Notes: generated by a model not told the origin, from the letters alone. A stretch of 64,000 nucleotides of DNA from Planctomycetota bacterium (GCA_036338595.1 JAYZBV010000072.1:1-64000), one strand, 5' to 3'. Positions 1 through 10,515 are shown, numbered from the stretch's first letter. Numbers and translations are program-made.

Positions 1-1
1 T

Positions 2-865
2 TTCACTCCGACGGGTCTGACAGGGATTTACGAGTTCCAGAGCACCCCGACATTGGCGTTCCTGACCCAGGCCTTTCTCGCGACCCAGCCGGCCCCAGCA
101 CCGTTTGCGGGCACCCTGGTGGATCTGCTCAATACCTTCAACATTTTCCCCGATACCGATGCGGACAATGATGGAGTCAACGAGTCCTACTCGGCAGTCT
201 TCGAGTTCGGAGGCATCTCTTGCCAGCTCAACTACTCCTTCCATCCGGAGGTCAGTGGACTTGTTGCGACCTCGCAGGTGGTGACCGGAGGGATCCTGGG
301 GTCAAACCCGACCATCCAGGCGGGTCTCAATGACCTGCTAGCATCGAATCTCGTGAACTCCCCCTTCCTGCTGGAGGTGGCCGACCTCGATGACCCGACA
401 TACACAAACGATGACAACATCACTCTGAATGCCTTTGGTGGCTTCGACATGGATGAAGACTCCACCAATAATGGGGATGGGTACAACGAGTTTGTCATCG
501 ACCCTCTCGACTATGATCAGACCACGGGGGATCCAATCTCCAGTTTCCCCGGAGGGACCATCACGGATGGTCACCTGATTGCTGGACCCGGCACCATCTA
601 TGTGTCGGGTATTCCGCTCAATGGATTGACGGTCGAGGCGGATTTCACTGCGACTGGACTGACAGGTGTCTATGAGTTCCAGAGCACCCCGACATCGGCG
701 TTCCTGACCCAGGCCTTCCTGGCGACGCAGCCGGCCCCGGCACCGTTTGCGGGAACCCTGGTGGATCTGCTCAACACCTTCAACATCTTCCCCGATATCG
801 ATGCGGATAATGACGGAGTCAACGAATCCTACTCTGCGATCTTCGAGTTCGGCGGGATTTCCTGT
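2..865 (+). repeat. Intragenic direct repeat: about 220 nt visible in two copies (2-223 and 644-865), period 642 nt / 214 aa
   Basis: Near-identical peptide GLTG(I/V)YEFQSTPT-AFLTQAFLATQPAPAPFAGTLVDLLNTFNIFPD-DADNDGVNESYSA-FEFGGISC occurs twice, with mostly synonymous DNA differences. Confidence 0.9.
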
Positions 866-1282
866 GTGCTCTATCACAGCGGACTCCCACCTGCGACAGG
901 TCCGGTCGAGGATTGCTCCAATGGTGTCGATGATGATGGCGACATGCTGGTGGACTGCGCCGATCCGGACTGCGCTTCCGATCCCGCTTGCAATGTCGGT
1001 GGGATTCAATTCCGTCGTGGAGATGTCAATGCGGATGGTTCCGTCAACATCGGTGACGCAGTGAGCCTTCTCGGGTTCCTCTTCTCCGGTGGTACGGCTC
1101 CAGTCTGTGACGATGCCGCAGACGTCAATGATGATGGATCGATGAACATCGGAGATGCGGTCTACGAACTCGGATTCCTCTTCTCGGGAGGACCTCCACC
1201 TCCGCCACCTGGAGGTACCTGCGGAAACGATCCGACAGACACGGATCCTCTCGATTGTGCGACGCCGACGGGTGGTTGCTGA
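2..1282 (+). CDS. Repeat-containing, probably extracellular protein with C-terminal dockerin-like domain (5'-truncated by the window edge)
   Basis: Frame is open from nt 2 (FTPTGLTGIYEFQ...). Contains an internal repeat, a Cys/Asp motif (EDCSNGVDDDGDMLVDCADPDC) and a dockerin-like EF-hand pair (FRRGDVNADGSVNIGDA...AADVNDDGSMNIGDA). Confidence 0.8.
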   Translation, partial: FTPTGLTGIYEFQSTPTLAFLTQAFLATQPAPAPFAGTLVDLLNTFNIFPDTDADNDGVNESYSAVFEFGGISCQLNYSFHPEVSGLVATSQVVTGGILGSNPTIQAGLNDLLASNLVNSPFLLEVADLDDPTYTNDDNITLNAFGGFDMDEDSTNNGDGYNEFVIDPLDYDQTTGDPISSFPGGTITDGHLIAGPGTIYVSGIPLNGLTVEADFTATGLTGVYEFQSTPTSAFLTQAFLATQPAPAPFAGTLVDLLNTFNIFPDIDADNDGVNESYSAIFEFGGISCVLYHSGLPPATGPVEDCSNGVDDDGDMLVDCADPDCASDPACNVGGIQFRRGDVNADGSVNIGDAVSLLGFLFSGGTAPVCDDAADVNDDGSMNIGDAVYELGFLFSGGPPPPPPGGTCGNDPTDTDPLDCATPTGGC

Positions 1283-1318
1283 TCAGACACCGGGTCTGAC
1301 TGCCCGACGGGTACGATC

Positions 1319-1360
1319 AACTCCCTGCCAGGAACTTCGGGTTCCTGGCAGGGAGTTTTC
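1319..1360 (+). terminator. Rho-independent terminator
   Basis: 17-bp inverted repeat AACTCCCTGCCAGGAAC-TTCGG-GTTCCTGGCAGGGAGTT running into a T tract, just after the stop of the first gene. Confidence 0.8.
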
Positions 1361-1406
1361 TCATCCTGCTCTGGCGGTGGACTTGCCGAGACAGCGATGA
1401 CGGTCG

Positions 1407-4001
1407 ATGATGTCGGTCACCCCACGAGAGGAAACTGAATTGGCTCGAACCGAGGGAGTGGATACCACCGAGCTTCTGGCTGCCGGTATCCGGCAGCAGA
1501 TCGCCTCCGAAATCGACAAGGCAGGCCAGAACGAGGTCTTCTTCCTGGGTCGCTTCGATCCGGCGGGGCTCTTGCATGAGGTAGAGGTGGTCGCGCGGGG
1601 TACGAACTCCGCAGTGCCTGTATTTCTCTCCCGTACCGATGAGGGCTTCGAGGTACTGATCCACAATCACCCCGGAGGTGATCTCACGCCCAGTCCCGCA
1701 GATCTCTCCATCGCTTCCGAGGCGGGTACACGTCGGCTCGGTTTCTTCATCGTCAATAACGATGGAAGCCGAGTGAATCGAGTCGTCGAGCCATTTCCTG
1801 AACAACAGGAAGTCGCGGTGGAAGCCGCGGAAATCGAAGAGATCTTCTCTACGGGTGGAGTATTCGATGTCGCCTTTCCCGGCTACGAGCAGCGAACGGG
1901 TCAGGTGGAGATGGCGAAGTCGGTGGCGTTGGCCCTCAACCAGGGAGATGTCGCGGCGCTGGAAGCGGGAACAGGCATCGGGAAGTCCTACGCATACCTG
2001 GTTCCATCGATCCTCTGGGCGGTAAAAAACCGTGGCAGAGTAGTGATCTCAACGGCGACGATTCCGCTGGGCGAACAACTTGTTCACCGCGATCTTCCGG
2101 CACTGCAAAGAGTGCTGGGAATCGACTTCCGTTTTGCGCTCATCCAGGGGAGACGCAATTACGCCTGTCGAAGGAAAACGAAGCAGGTCGCTTCGGAGCC
2201 AGAGATCTTCTCCGATGACGATGATCGAAGCAGTTGGGTCGCAGACATCATCGATCGTCTCAACCAGGCGAAACAGGGTACCCGACAGGAGATGCCTGGA
2301 GAGGTTCCCGATGATGTCTGGGTCGACTTCCAGTCGACTTCTGATCAGTCTCTGAAGACACGCTGTCCCCATTACAGGGAGTGTTTCTACTACGAGGCGC
2401 GCCGAAAGTCGTTCGGGGCACACATCGTGGTGGTCAATCACCATCTGCTCTTCGCTGATCTGAGATTGCGGCGATCGACGGGAGACTTCGACAGCGATCT
2501 GGTGATCCCTGGCTATCAGAAGGTCGTTTTTGATGAAGGACATCACCTGGAGGAAGTCGCTTGCCACCACCTGGGGGCAGAGGTCTCCAGAAGGGGGTTA
2601 CTTCAGGTGCTCGGAAGGCTCGTATCCGCTCGAGGTGCGCGTAGGGGAAAAGAAAATGGTCGTCTCCCATGGTTGCGAAATCATCTCTCCAGGCATCACC
2701 AAGGGCGAACTCTCGAGTTGTTGTCGATGGATGTGATGACAAGAGTGAGATCGGTTCGAGGCGAGATCGAGGCTGCCCTGGACCGACTCGAGGTTCGTGT
2801 TCTCGATGCCATACATCTGCTTGGAGAAGCCGCCGGCAGGGATGGCGGTCTGATGGCGAGGATCGGAGATAAAGAAGGCTTGCTGCCGATGACGGTGGTT
2901 TCACCTCAACTGGTGGAGGTTCGTGACAGTCTGGATGGACTCAGAGGTGTGCTGCATCACTGCCTGGAGGTGCTGGAAGATGAGCCCTTCGAGCCGGAGA
3001 TCGAGTTTCAGACTGCGGTGGTCGAGTTGAGGGCTGCCATGAGATCTGTAGTGGAGCAGATCTCCTCCATCGACTTCGTTCTGGGAGCTTCAGGTGGAAT
3101 CCAACCATGGATAGAGCTGGCATCGAAGCCCCAGAAGAATCTGGTGGTGAGGGCGGCGCCATTACGCGTCGACGAATTGCTCGCAGAGCACCTGTACGGT
3201 CCCGTTTCAACGGTGATACAAACGAGCGCAACGATGCGTGTCGGGGAGTCCTGGAATTTCCTCAGTGATCGGCTTGGTTGGGATCATGTGGAGAGAGAAC
3301 GCCTGCGTCGGGAGGACTTCTCATCTCCTTTTGATTGGAAACGGCAGGTGTTGCTGGCGCTTCCGGGAGACATTCCTGAACCGGATCGTCCGGGGTATGA
3401 CCAGCGCATCGTGGAATTGATTCTGGATACGGTTCGAGCTGCAGATGGTCGGACCTTCGTGTTATTCACATCCCACAAGGCTTTGAGAAAAACCGCCGAA
3501 CGCGTTCGAGCCAGCTTGCAAGCCCTCGGGATGCCAATGCTGGTTCAAGGAGAAGCCCCCAGAAGTGAACTGATACGAAAGTTCATCGAATCTGGCAGAG
3601 CGGTACTACTGGGGAACCAGTCCTACTGGGAAGGGATAGACGTCCCTGGAGCGGCACTATCTTGCGTGATCATCACACGACTGCCCTTTCGAATCCCGCA
3701 TCACCCGCTGGAGCAAGGGAGGGCAGAGGAGCTGGAGGCGAGAGGGAAGAGTCCTTTCGCACATCTCGCCCTTCCTCGAGCGGTTCTGGGGTTGCGGCAA
3801 GGTTTTGGTCGTCTGATCCGGACCCTGGATGACCGTGGTTCGGTAGTCATCGGAGACACTCGCATCGTCAACAAGCCCTACGGAAAGCGTTTCATCGACA
3901 GTTTGCCAGAGTGCCGTCATGTCGCTGGGCCATGGAATGAAGTACGTGCTGCGCTGGAAGCATTCTTTCTGGAAGCGGATGTGAAGGAGAGTATCGAGTG
4001 A
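1407..4001 (+). CDS. DinG/YoaA-family SF2 helicase with N-terminal RadC-like JAB domain
   Basis: JAB motif IHNHPGGDLTPSPAD; Q motif YEQRTGQ; Walker A EAGTGIGKS; DEGH; SAT; YWEGIDVPG; QGFGRLIR. Confidence 0.9.
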   Translation: MMSVTPREETELARTEGVDTTELLAAGIRQQIASEIDKAGQNEVFFLGRFDPAGLLHEVEVVARGTNSAVPVFLSRTDEGFEVLIHNHPGGDLTPSPADLSIASEAGTRRLGFFIVNNDGSRVNRVVEPFPEQQEVAVEAAEIEEIFSTGGVFDVAFPGYEQRTGQVEMAKSVALALNQGDVAALEAGTGIGKSYAYLVPSILWAVKNRGRVVISTATIPLGEQLVHRDLPALQRVLGIDFRFALIQGRRNYACRRKTKQVASEPEIFSDDDDRSSWVADIIDRLNQAKQGTRQEMPGEVPDDVWVDFQSTSDQSLKTRCPHYRECFYYEARRKSFGAHIVVVNHHLLFADLRLRRSTGDFDSDLVIPGYQKVVFDEGHHLEEVACHHLGAEVSRRGLLQVLGRLVSARGARRGKENGRLPWLRNHLSRHHQGRTLELLSMDVMTRVRSVRGEIEAALDRLEVRVLDAIHLLGEAAGRDGGLMARIGDKEGLLPMTVVSPQLVEVRDSLDGLRGVLHHCLEVLEDEPFEPEIEFQTAVVELRAAMRSVVEQISSIDFVLGASGGIQPWIELASKPQKNLVVRAAPLRVDELLAEHLYGPVSTVIQTSATMRVGESWNFLSDRLGWDHVERERLRREDFSSPFDWKRQVLLALPGDIPEPDRPGYDQRIVELILDTVRAADGRTFVLFTSHKALRKTAERVRASLQALGMPMLVQGEAPRSELIRKFIESGRAVLLGNQSYWEGIDVPGAALSCVIITRLPFRIPHHPLEQGRAEELEARGKSPFAHLALPRAVLGLRQGFGRLIRTLDDRGSVVIGDTRIVNKPYGKRFIDSLPECRHVAGPWNEVRAALEAFFLEADVKESIE

Positions 4002-4597
4002 AGATCCGGGGAATCATCTTGGCGGCGGGCGAGTCGAGCCGTATTGGATCGCCGAAGGCGCTGCTGGAACTCCACGGTGTGACTGTGCTGCAGAGACTGG
4101 TCGGCGTGTTGCGTGACGGAGGGTGTGACGAGGTACTGGTGATCTCTGGAGGAAGCCATCGGTTCGCAGTTGAGAAAGAGGGCGAGAAGATCGGGGTCAG
4201 GGTGATCAATAATGAAGACCCAGCCGATGGTCCCGTCAGCAGTATCCGTGTTGCACTGGCAGTGGAGGGCGACTGGGACGCGTTACTGATCCTTCCTGTC
4301 GATGTCATCGGGGTCAGGAACGAGGATGTATCCCTTCTGGTCGATGCCGCACGTGATGAGACGGTAGTTGCAGACGCCTGGGCGATGTCCCACAGGATGC
4401 GACGGGGTCATCCAGTGGTCGTGATAAGAGATCGGATCAAGTCACTGTGCGATCAGGATGGACCGCATCATCTTCGGGCACTACTCGATCAACCTGATCT
4501 GGTTGTCCATCATGTCGTCAGCGATAACCCACTGGTTCTGGAAGACGTGGACGATATGGATGATTGGGTGCGAATATCAGGCCTGCTGGATTACTGA
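3998..4597 (+). CDS. MocA/MobA-like nucleotidyltransferase
   Basis: GIILAAGESSRIGSPKALL, LPVD, GHPV and C-terminal DVDD motifs; 4-nt overlap with the helicase gene. Confidence 0.8.
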   Translation: MKIRGIILAAGESSRIGSPKALLELHGVTVLQRLVGVLRDGGCDEVLVISGGSHRFAVEKEGEKIGVRVINNEDPADGPVSSIRVALAVEGDWDALLILPVDVIGVRNEDVSLLVDAARDETVVADAWAMSHRMRRGHPVVVIRDRIKSLCDQDGPHHLRALLDQPDLVVHHVVSDNPLVLEDVDDMDDWVRISGLLDY

Positions 4598-6994
4598 TCA
4601 GCGGCCCGGAACGAACTTCTTGACCCATTCATGCAGTTGGATCCAGGTGTCGGGTCGGGTCCCCTTCTGCTCAGCAATTCTGAAGTTCTCAGTGGCCACA
4701 TCATCGAGGCCTCTGTAGATGCTGAGGACACCCAGTGGGATTCGATACTCGGTGCTGTTTCTGCCGTGTCTCTGGGCCACCTGGTCAAACAGGAATACAT
4801 CGGTGATCTCCACGATCTTGAACGGCATCACTGCACGCTCCGCAGAGAGTCGAAGCCAGACATGGTCACTATCGATGCGATCCACGACGCCGCGGTCTTT
4901 TCTGGTACGGGAACTTCCTTCGAGTGGTTTTCGCTCGAGAACCACTTCTTTTCCGTCTTCACCCTTCTCTACCAGTTCCAGCATCGCTTCCTTGATGAAA
5001 TGATCGAGTAACTGAAATGCGAGCAGGTCGGTTTCGACCCTGGACTTCACTTCCTCGACCACCAACTCGATGTCGAGAGCCACGGCGATGCTGACCATCC
5101 CCTTGATGTCCCTGTCGAGCGCTTTAATGCGGTATTCGGGCCACAGTTGCAGGTATCTGCTGCTCTCTTCGTTGAGCCTGCGTTTGGCCTCCTCGTTGGC
5201 CAGAGTCTCTCTGGCCATGATGATTCCGTCGCGCAGTTTCACGGCCTCATTGGCGTTGTCTGGGTCAGCATAAAGTTCGATCGCATCGATCACAGCCAGA
5301 GCCTCGGCAAACTCTCGGCGGTCGCGATGGAATCCAACCTTCTGAAAATCGGCCTCGAAGCGGGAATCGATCTCTTCTTCCCAGTTGGAGAGCAATTTCT
5401 CGATCTCATCGTTGAGATCCTGATCTCGTCTGGCTGACGCAGGCCGGTCATCCAGAAGCATGATGGCTGTCCACAACTTTCCATCACTCGCGAGAGTTTT
5501 TGCTTGCTCAAGGGAACTCCTGCCATCGGCCTGACGAGCTTCCACGATGGAGCCCTTGACCGCATCGATCGCCACGCTCATCTGTGCCGATGCACTGGTA
5601 CCACCGTGCGATTCAAGAGCGTGTTTGAGGGCACGGATCTGGAGATCCTGATCCTGCCCCATGATCGATTTCAGAATTGAGTCTGCCGCCAGTTCACGTC
5701 GCTCATGGTCTCTACGATCATCGTTCATCCGACTCTTGATCTTCATTGCCGAGATGTCAGATCGTTCCTTCGCGAGCACTTCCTCGAACCCTGGTTGCGG
5801 TTCATTGGCTTTCGATGCGGCTGTGATGACCATCAGTACAGAGATGGTGAGTCCGACTCCGATGCCGATCTTGGTCATCAGCGTATTTCTGCTGTGGAGA
5901 GATGCCTGAGAAGCTCCGGCGATCACTCGCTTGCCAGGTGCTCTGGTTCCGGTGGACCTCTTGCGGCCCCTGGGGGCAGACCTGGCCTCGGTATCCGGCA
6001 CATCGAGAGCCTCGGTGAGTGCCTGGATCACCTGATCTGCATCGTGATACCGCTGAGATGGTTCTTTCGAGAGTAACTTCTCGATCACGGCATCGAGTTT
6101 GGATTCCTTGCCGGTCAAGGTCGCTACCGGGATGACCTCTTCCTGGACATGCTTCATCAGGATTTCTCGGTTGGTCGTACCCTGGAAGGGTGGTCTGCCG
6201 GTCATGCAGTGATAGAGCGTGGCACCGAGGGAATAAAGATCACTTCTCCCATCGATATCATCACCACGAGCTTGTTCCGGTGAGATGTAATGAGGGGTTC
6301 CTTTTCGTATTTCCGAGGAGTCGAGTTTTCCCGCCTCAGCTTCTGCGAGAGCCAGTCCAAGATCGGTGATCTTGGGAACGCCATCTCCGGAGATCAGGAT
6401 GTTGTCCGGCTTCATGTCTCGATGGAGAAGGCCAGCTGAATGGGCATGGGCAAGTCCCTGGGTGATGGACAGCGCCAGTTCTCCCATCTCTCTTTCAGAG
6501 AGCGCGCCACGCCGCTTCAACTTCTGGTGGAGAGTTTCACCCTCCACGAGTTCCATGGCGAACCAACACATCCCATCGGAAATGCCTGCATCGATGGCGT
6601 GTACGATGTTGGGATGGTTCAACCTGGCAGCGTTTCTCGCTTCTTCTATCAACTGTTCCGGGCTGGATGTGCTCGTAATCGCTGCGGAGAATACTTTCAA
6701 GGCGACGATCTTACCGAGTGATTCCTGCCTGGCTTTCCAGACCGTGCTGGTGGCACCGCGACCGATCGGTGAGAGCACATCGAAGCCGGGGATTCCCTCG
6801 GGAGGAATCCGCGACTCGATGGCGGTCATGATCCTGCTGGCCTGTTCCTGGGTCAGAATCGATGCCTCAACAGCGATGCTCGCAGCATCTTCCTCACCCT
6901 TCTCGATGGAAGCGGCGATTCTGTTCAGGTCAGACTCTTCGATGAAATTCATCTTGAGTGCAGTCTTCAGGAACAACTGGTCAATCTTGGTCAT
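4598..6994 (-). CDS. Hanks-type Ser/Thr protein kinase with one TM segment and a helical C-terminal region
   Basis: IGRGATSTV, VALK, HRDMKPDN, DLG, GTPHYISPEQ, DLYSLG. ATG at 6994 follows GGAG. Confidence 0.9.
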   Translation of the reverse strand: MTKIDQLFLKTALKMNFIEESDLNRIAASIEKGEEDAASIAVEASILTQEQASRIMTAIESRIPPEGIPGFDVLSPIGRGATSTVWKARQESLGKIVALKVFSAAITSTSSPEQLIEEARNAARLNHPNIVHAIDAGISDGMCWFAMELVEGETLHQKLKRRGALSEREMGELALSITQGLAHAHSAGLLHRDMKPDNILISGDGVPKITDLGLALAEAEAGKLDSSEIRKGTPHYISPEQARGDDIDGRSDLYSLGATLYHCMTGRPPFQGTTNREILMKHVQEEVIPVATLTGKESKLDAVIEKLLSKEPSQRYHDADQVIQALTEALDVPDTEARSAPRGRKRSTGTRAPGKRVIAGASQASLHSRNTLMTKIGIGVGLTISVLMVITAASKANEPQPGFEEVLAKERSDISAMKIKSRMNDDRRDHERRELAADSILKSIMGQDQDLQIRALKHALESHGGTSASAQMSVAIDAVKGSIVEARQADGRSSLEQAKTLASDGKLWTAIMLLDDRPASARRDQDLNDEIEKLLSNWEEEIDSRFEADFQKVGFHRDRREFAEALAVIDAIELYADPDNANEAVKLRDGIIMARETLANEEAKRRLNEESSRYLQLWPEYRIKALDRDIKGMVSIAVALDIELVVEEVKSRVETDLLAFQLLDHFIKEAMLELVEKGEDGKEVVLERKPLEGSSRTRKDRGVVDRIDSDHVWLRLSAERAVMPFKIVEITDVFLFDQVAQRHGRNSTEYRIPLGVLSIYRGLDDVATENFRIAEQKGTRPDTWIQLHEWVKKFVPGR

Positions 6995-7131
6995 TCTGGG
7001 CTCTCCGTATGCAGCGCAATTTCTTCCCCGGCACTGCACCCCCCGATGAGAAGGTTATTTGGTGTCAGAGTCAACATGGACCGGCAAGAGTCCGCGGGAT
7101 AACATCCCGAGGAAATGAGAAAGGGCCTACA

Positions 7132-10100
7132 TTGTCCATCATCTTGTTACTGGCAAGCCTGTGCTTTTGTTCTCCGGTTCAGGTTGCCTCTGTACAACAA
7201 CCTCGGATTCATGCGGATGTGACCCTCGATCCGTCTGCCGGCTCCATTTCATGGAAACTCTCCCTTCATCAGATGGGGAAACAATTCGAGTTTCCGCTGC
7301 ATTCTGGTCTGACGCCTCAACTCGATTCTGCCGGAAGCATGGCCCTCGTCGGTCAGGGTGAGCAGCAGGGGGCTTCCGGGATCGACCCCCAGAGGCCCGT
7401 AGGTCAAAAAATCTGGCGGGTGACGGTGCCGGAAGAACTGGCAAGTGATTCGCCGGTGTTCATATCTGCTGTGGGTGTGATCCGTGAGGAACTGCAGCAG
7501 GTCGGTTCCGGCGCAGGAAGATCTTTTTCAGCAACACCAGGAACCATCCTCGAGCAGGGGGTGTATCTCTCTGGAGCCACAGCCTGGTACCCGCATCCAG
7601 AAGGGAAGCTGGTCACATTCTCGATGGTTGTGACTCTTCCCGCCGGCTGGGATGCCGTGAGTCAAGGAACTCGGCTGAGTAAGGAGGCCGACTCCGACGG
7701 TACTACCGTGCACTGGGAATGCAAAATTCCACAAGAGGAAGTCTTTCTCGTTGCGGCCAGATTTCACGAATACACGAAGGCAACTCCGCTTCTCGAAGCA
7801 CAGGTCTTTCTTCGGGAAGAAGATCCGAACCTGGCAGCAAAATATCTGGAAGCAACAGTTCAGTATGTCGACATGTACACCCAGTTGCTCGGGCCTTATC
7901 CCTATTCCAAGTTTGCGCTGGTCGAGAATTTCTGGGAGAGCGGCTACGGTATGCCATCTTTCACGCTGCTCGGTCCACAGGTGATCCGGCTACCCTTCAT
8001 CCTCAGGTCGTCCTATCCACACGAAGTTCTCCACAACTGGTGGGGGAACTCGGTGTATGTCGATTATCAGACAGGCAACTGGTGTGAGGGACTCACCGCC
8101 TATCTCGCCGATCACCTGATGAAGGAAGGTGAGGGCAGAGGGGCAGAGTACCGTCGCGATGTATTGAAAAAGTTCGGATCCTATGTTCAGGAGGGCCTCG
8201 ATTTCCCCTTGAGTGAATTTCGAAGCCGCCATTCGGGGGCCACCGAAGCAGTCGGCTACGGCAAGTGCTTGATGCTGTGGCACATGATTCGCCAGAACGT
8301 TGGTGAAGAAGCGTTCAAGAAGGGTCTTCAGGCCTTCTACTCCGATTTCCGGTATCGACGTGCTTCCTTCGGTGACATCGCCAAGAGCATCGGTGAGGCC
8401 GCTGGGACCGATCTGGATGGTTGGACGGGTTCGTGGATCGAGGGGACCGGGGCCCCGGAGTTCAGATTGGCAGTGGACCCGGGCGAGGAGATGTCGCAGA
8501 TCACCATCGAACAGGTCCAGGGTCAGGATCCGTATCTGGTGCGGGTGCCGGTTTATTATCAATTGACGACTTCATCCTGGTGGCAACAACAGATGGTGGA
8601 GTTTGCTCCCGGAGCCGATGGAGAAGTACTTCGTGAGCAAACATTCGAAGTCTCCGGACAATTGGTAGCCGTGAAGGTCGATCCATTTTTCGATGTGTTT
8701 CGACGACTCGATCGATCGGAGACTCCACCGACCATCGGGGACATTTTCGGTGCTACCTCTCAGTTGATCGTGCTGCCTTCACTGAGTCCGAGACTGGATG
8801 CATGGCGTGAACTGGCGCAGTCCTGGGCCACCGATGGCGATGTGCGCATCGTCCTCGACTCCGATCTGGAACAGATCCCGCCCGAGAGAGCGGTGTGGAT
8901 CCTGGGGGAGTCGACCGTGGGTGTGGCTAACGAACATTTGCGGGGGACGGTTCTCAGGACGGGATCAGAGAGAAAATTCGAGCTTTCATATGCCACGTGG
9001 AAACTTCCAACGATGAAGGCACAACCTGGAGAGCCCATCCTGTCCCAGTTCGACCACTCCGGGATCCAGGTGGCGCGTCACCCCGACGACGAAGATCTCA
9101 CCGTGGGATTGATCCGTTGTTACAAGGAGGCGGCGATTCCGGGCCTGGCGCGAAAACTGCCGCACTATGGCAAGTATTCCTATCTGCTGTTTGAAGGCGA
9201 GGAACCGACCAACATCGCCAAGGGTGAATGGGGGACTGATACTTCCCCCCTCTCCTGGACGGCCGCGGGGATTTCGGTCGCCGGGCCGGAAGATGCGCGA
9301 GAGCCTCTCGCACGACCGGGCCCCGTCCTCGATGCGGATCGAATGATCTCGGATGTGCGTTGGCTTGCCGATCCACAACGAGAGGGGCGTGGAAATGGTT
9401 CAGAAGGACTGCATCAGTCGACACAGTGGGTGGCGGATCGTTTTTCCGAGATCGGGGTGCAGCCGGCGGCACCGGACGGAAGCTTCTTCGATTCCTGGAG
9501 CGAGGATGAACTCGACGATCCATTGAAGAAGGGTGTGAGGCTTCGAAATGTCATCGGAGTCCTTCCCGGAACTGATCCATCCCTGTCGGGTCAATCTGTC
9601 GTGGTCCTTGCTCACGTCGATCACCTCGGGCGCGGTTGGCCCGATGTCAGGGCAGGAAATGAAGGCAAAATCCACCCGGGAGCCGACGACAACGCCTCCG
9701 GTGTGGCGGTGATGCTCGAGACGGCGAGGATGATGGCGGGAACCCATCGTCCAGCACGGCCCGTCATCTTCGTCGCCACCAGTGCCGAGGAGTGGGGGTT
9801 GCGAGGGGCTCGCCGCTACATCCAGTCGATGAAACGGTGGCCAGCCAAGGATGCCATCTCGGTGATCAGCATCGATGCGGTCGGGCGCCTCTCGCAGGGG
9901 AGATTGTTGGCACTGGGAACCGGCACAGCCACCGAATGGATTCACATCGCCCGCGGGATCGGTTTCACCACCGGTGTCGCGGCTACGGCGGTCAAGGATG
10001 ATCCAGGAGGATCGGATCAGGTTCCTTTTCACGAGCTAGGCGTCCCGGGGATCCAACTGACGACGGGTCCTCATGATGATTACCACCGTCCGGGTGATTC

Positions 10101-10515
10101 GGCGGACAAGGTCGATGCAGACGGCATGGTGCAGGTCGCGACCTGGTTGCGGGAGGCTCTGATGTATCTGTCCGATCGACCCGACCCGTTGACCTCGACC
10201 CTGACCGCAGCATCCGGATCGGGCAGCGGGTCTTCTTCTGCGGGTACCGGGCGAAGGGTGTTCCTCGGAACCATTCCTGATTTCGCAGACACGGGTCCCG
10301 GCGTCAGGATCGAGGGAGTGGTGGACGACTCCCCGGCACAACTGGCAGGACTGAAGGCCGGAGACAGACTGATTTCTCTCGATGGCTCCGTCGTCAAGGA
10401 CCTGAGGGGATACTCGAACCTGTTGAAGGAACTGGAAGTTGGCGACACTGTCGTGCTGACGATCGAACGTGAAGAGATGACAATGGAGATCCAGGTCACC
10501 CTCAGAGCACGTTGA
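7132..10515 (+). CDS. Secreted M1 aminopeptidase - M28 peptidase - PDZ fusion protein
   Basis: Signal-like N-terminus (TTG 7132, start uncertain); M1 motif HEVLHNWWG...NWCEG; M28 motifs HVDHLG, GADDNASG, AEEWG, GSDQ, YH; C-terminal PDZ (FLGTIPD...SPAQLAGLKAGD). Confidence 0.85.
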   Translation: MSIILLLASLCFCSPVQVASVQQPRIHADVTLDPSAGSISWKLSLHQMGKQFEFPLHSGLTPQLDSAGSMALVGQGEQQGASGIDPQRPVGQKIWRVTVPEELASDSPVFISAVGVIREELQQVGSGAGRSFSATPGTILEQGVYLSGATAWYPHPEGKLVTFSMVVTLPAGWDAVSQGTRLSKEADSDGTTVHWECKIPQEEVFLVAARFHEYTKATPLLEAQVFLREEDPNLAAKYLEATVQYVDMYTQLLGPYPYSKFALVENFWESGYGMPSFTLLGPQVIRLPFILRSSYPHEVLHNWWGNSVYVDYQTGNWCEGLTAYLADHLMKEGEGRGAEYRRDVLKKFGSYVQEGLDFPLSEFRSRHSGATEAVGYGKCLMLWHMIRQNVGEEAFKKGLQAFYSDFRYRRASFGDIAKSIGEAAGTDLDGWTGSWIEGTGAPEFRLAVDPGEEMSQITIEQVQGQDPYLVRVPVYYQLTTSSWWQQQMVEFAPGADGEVLREQTFEVSGQLVAVKVDPFFDVFRRLDRSETPPTIGDIFGATSQLIVLPSLSPRLDAWRELAQSWATDGDVRIVLDSDLEQIPPERAVWILGESTVGVANEHLRGTVLRTGSERKFELSYATWKLPTMKAQPGEPILSQFDHSGIQVARHPDDEDLTVGLIRCYKEAAIPGLARKLPHYGKYSYLLFEGEEPTNIAKGEWGTDTSPLSWTAAGISVAGPEDAREPLARPGPVLDADRMISDVRWLADPQREGRGNGSEGLHQSTQWVADRFSEIGVQPAAPDGSFFDSWSEDELDDPLKKGVRLRNVIGVLPGTDPSLSGQSVVVLAHVDHLGRGWPDVRAGNEGKIHPGADDNASGVAVMLETARMMAGTHRPARPVIFVATSAEEWGLRGARRYIQSMKRWPAKDAISVISIDAVGRLSQGRLLALGTGTATEWIHIARGIGFTTGVAATAVKDDPGGSDQVPFHELGVPGIQLTTGPHDDYHRPGDSADKVDADGMVQVATWLREALMYLSDRPDPLTSTLTAASGSGSGSSSAGTGRRVFLGTIPDFADTGPGVRIEGVVDDSPAQLAGLKAGDRLISLDGSVVKDLRGYSNLLKELEVGDTVVLTIEREEMTMEIQVTLRAR

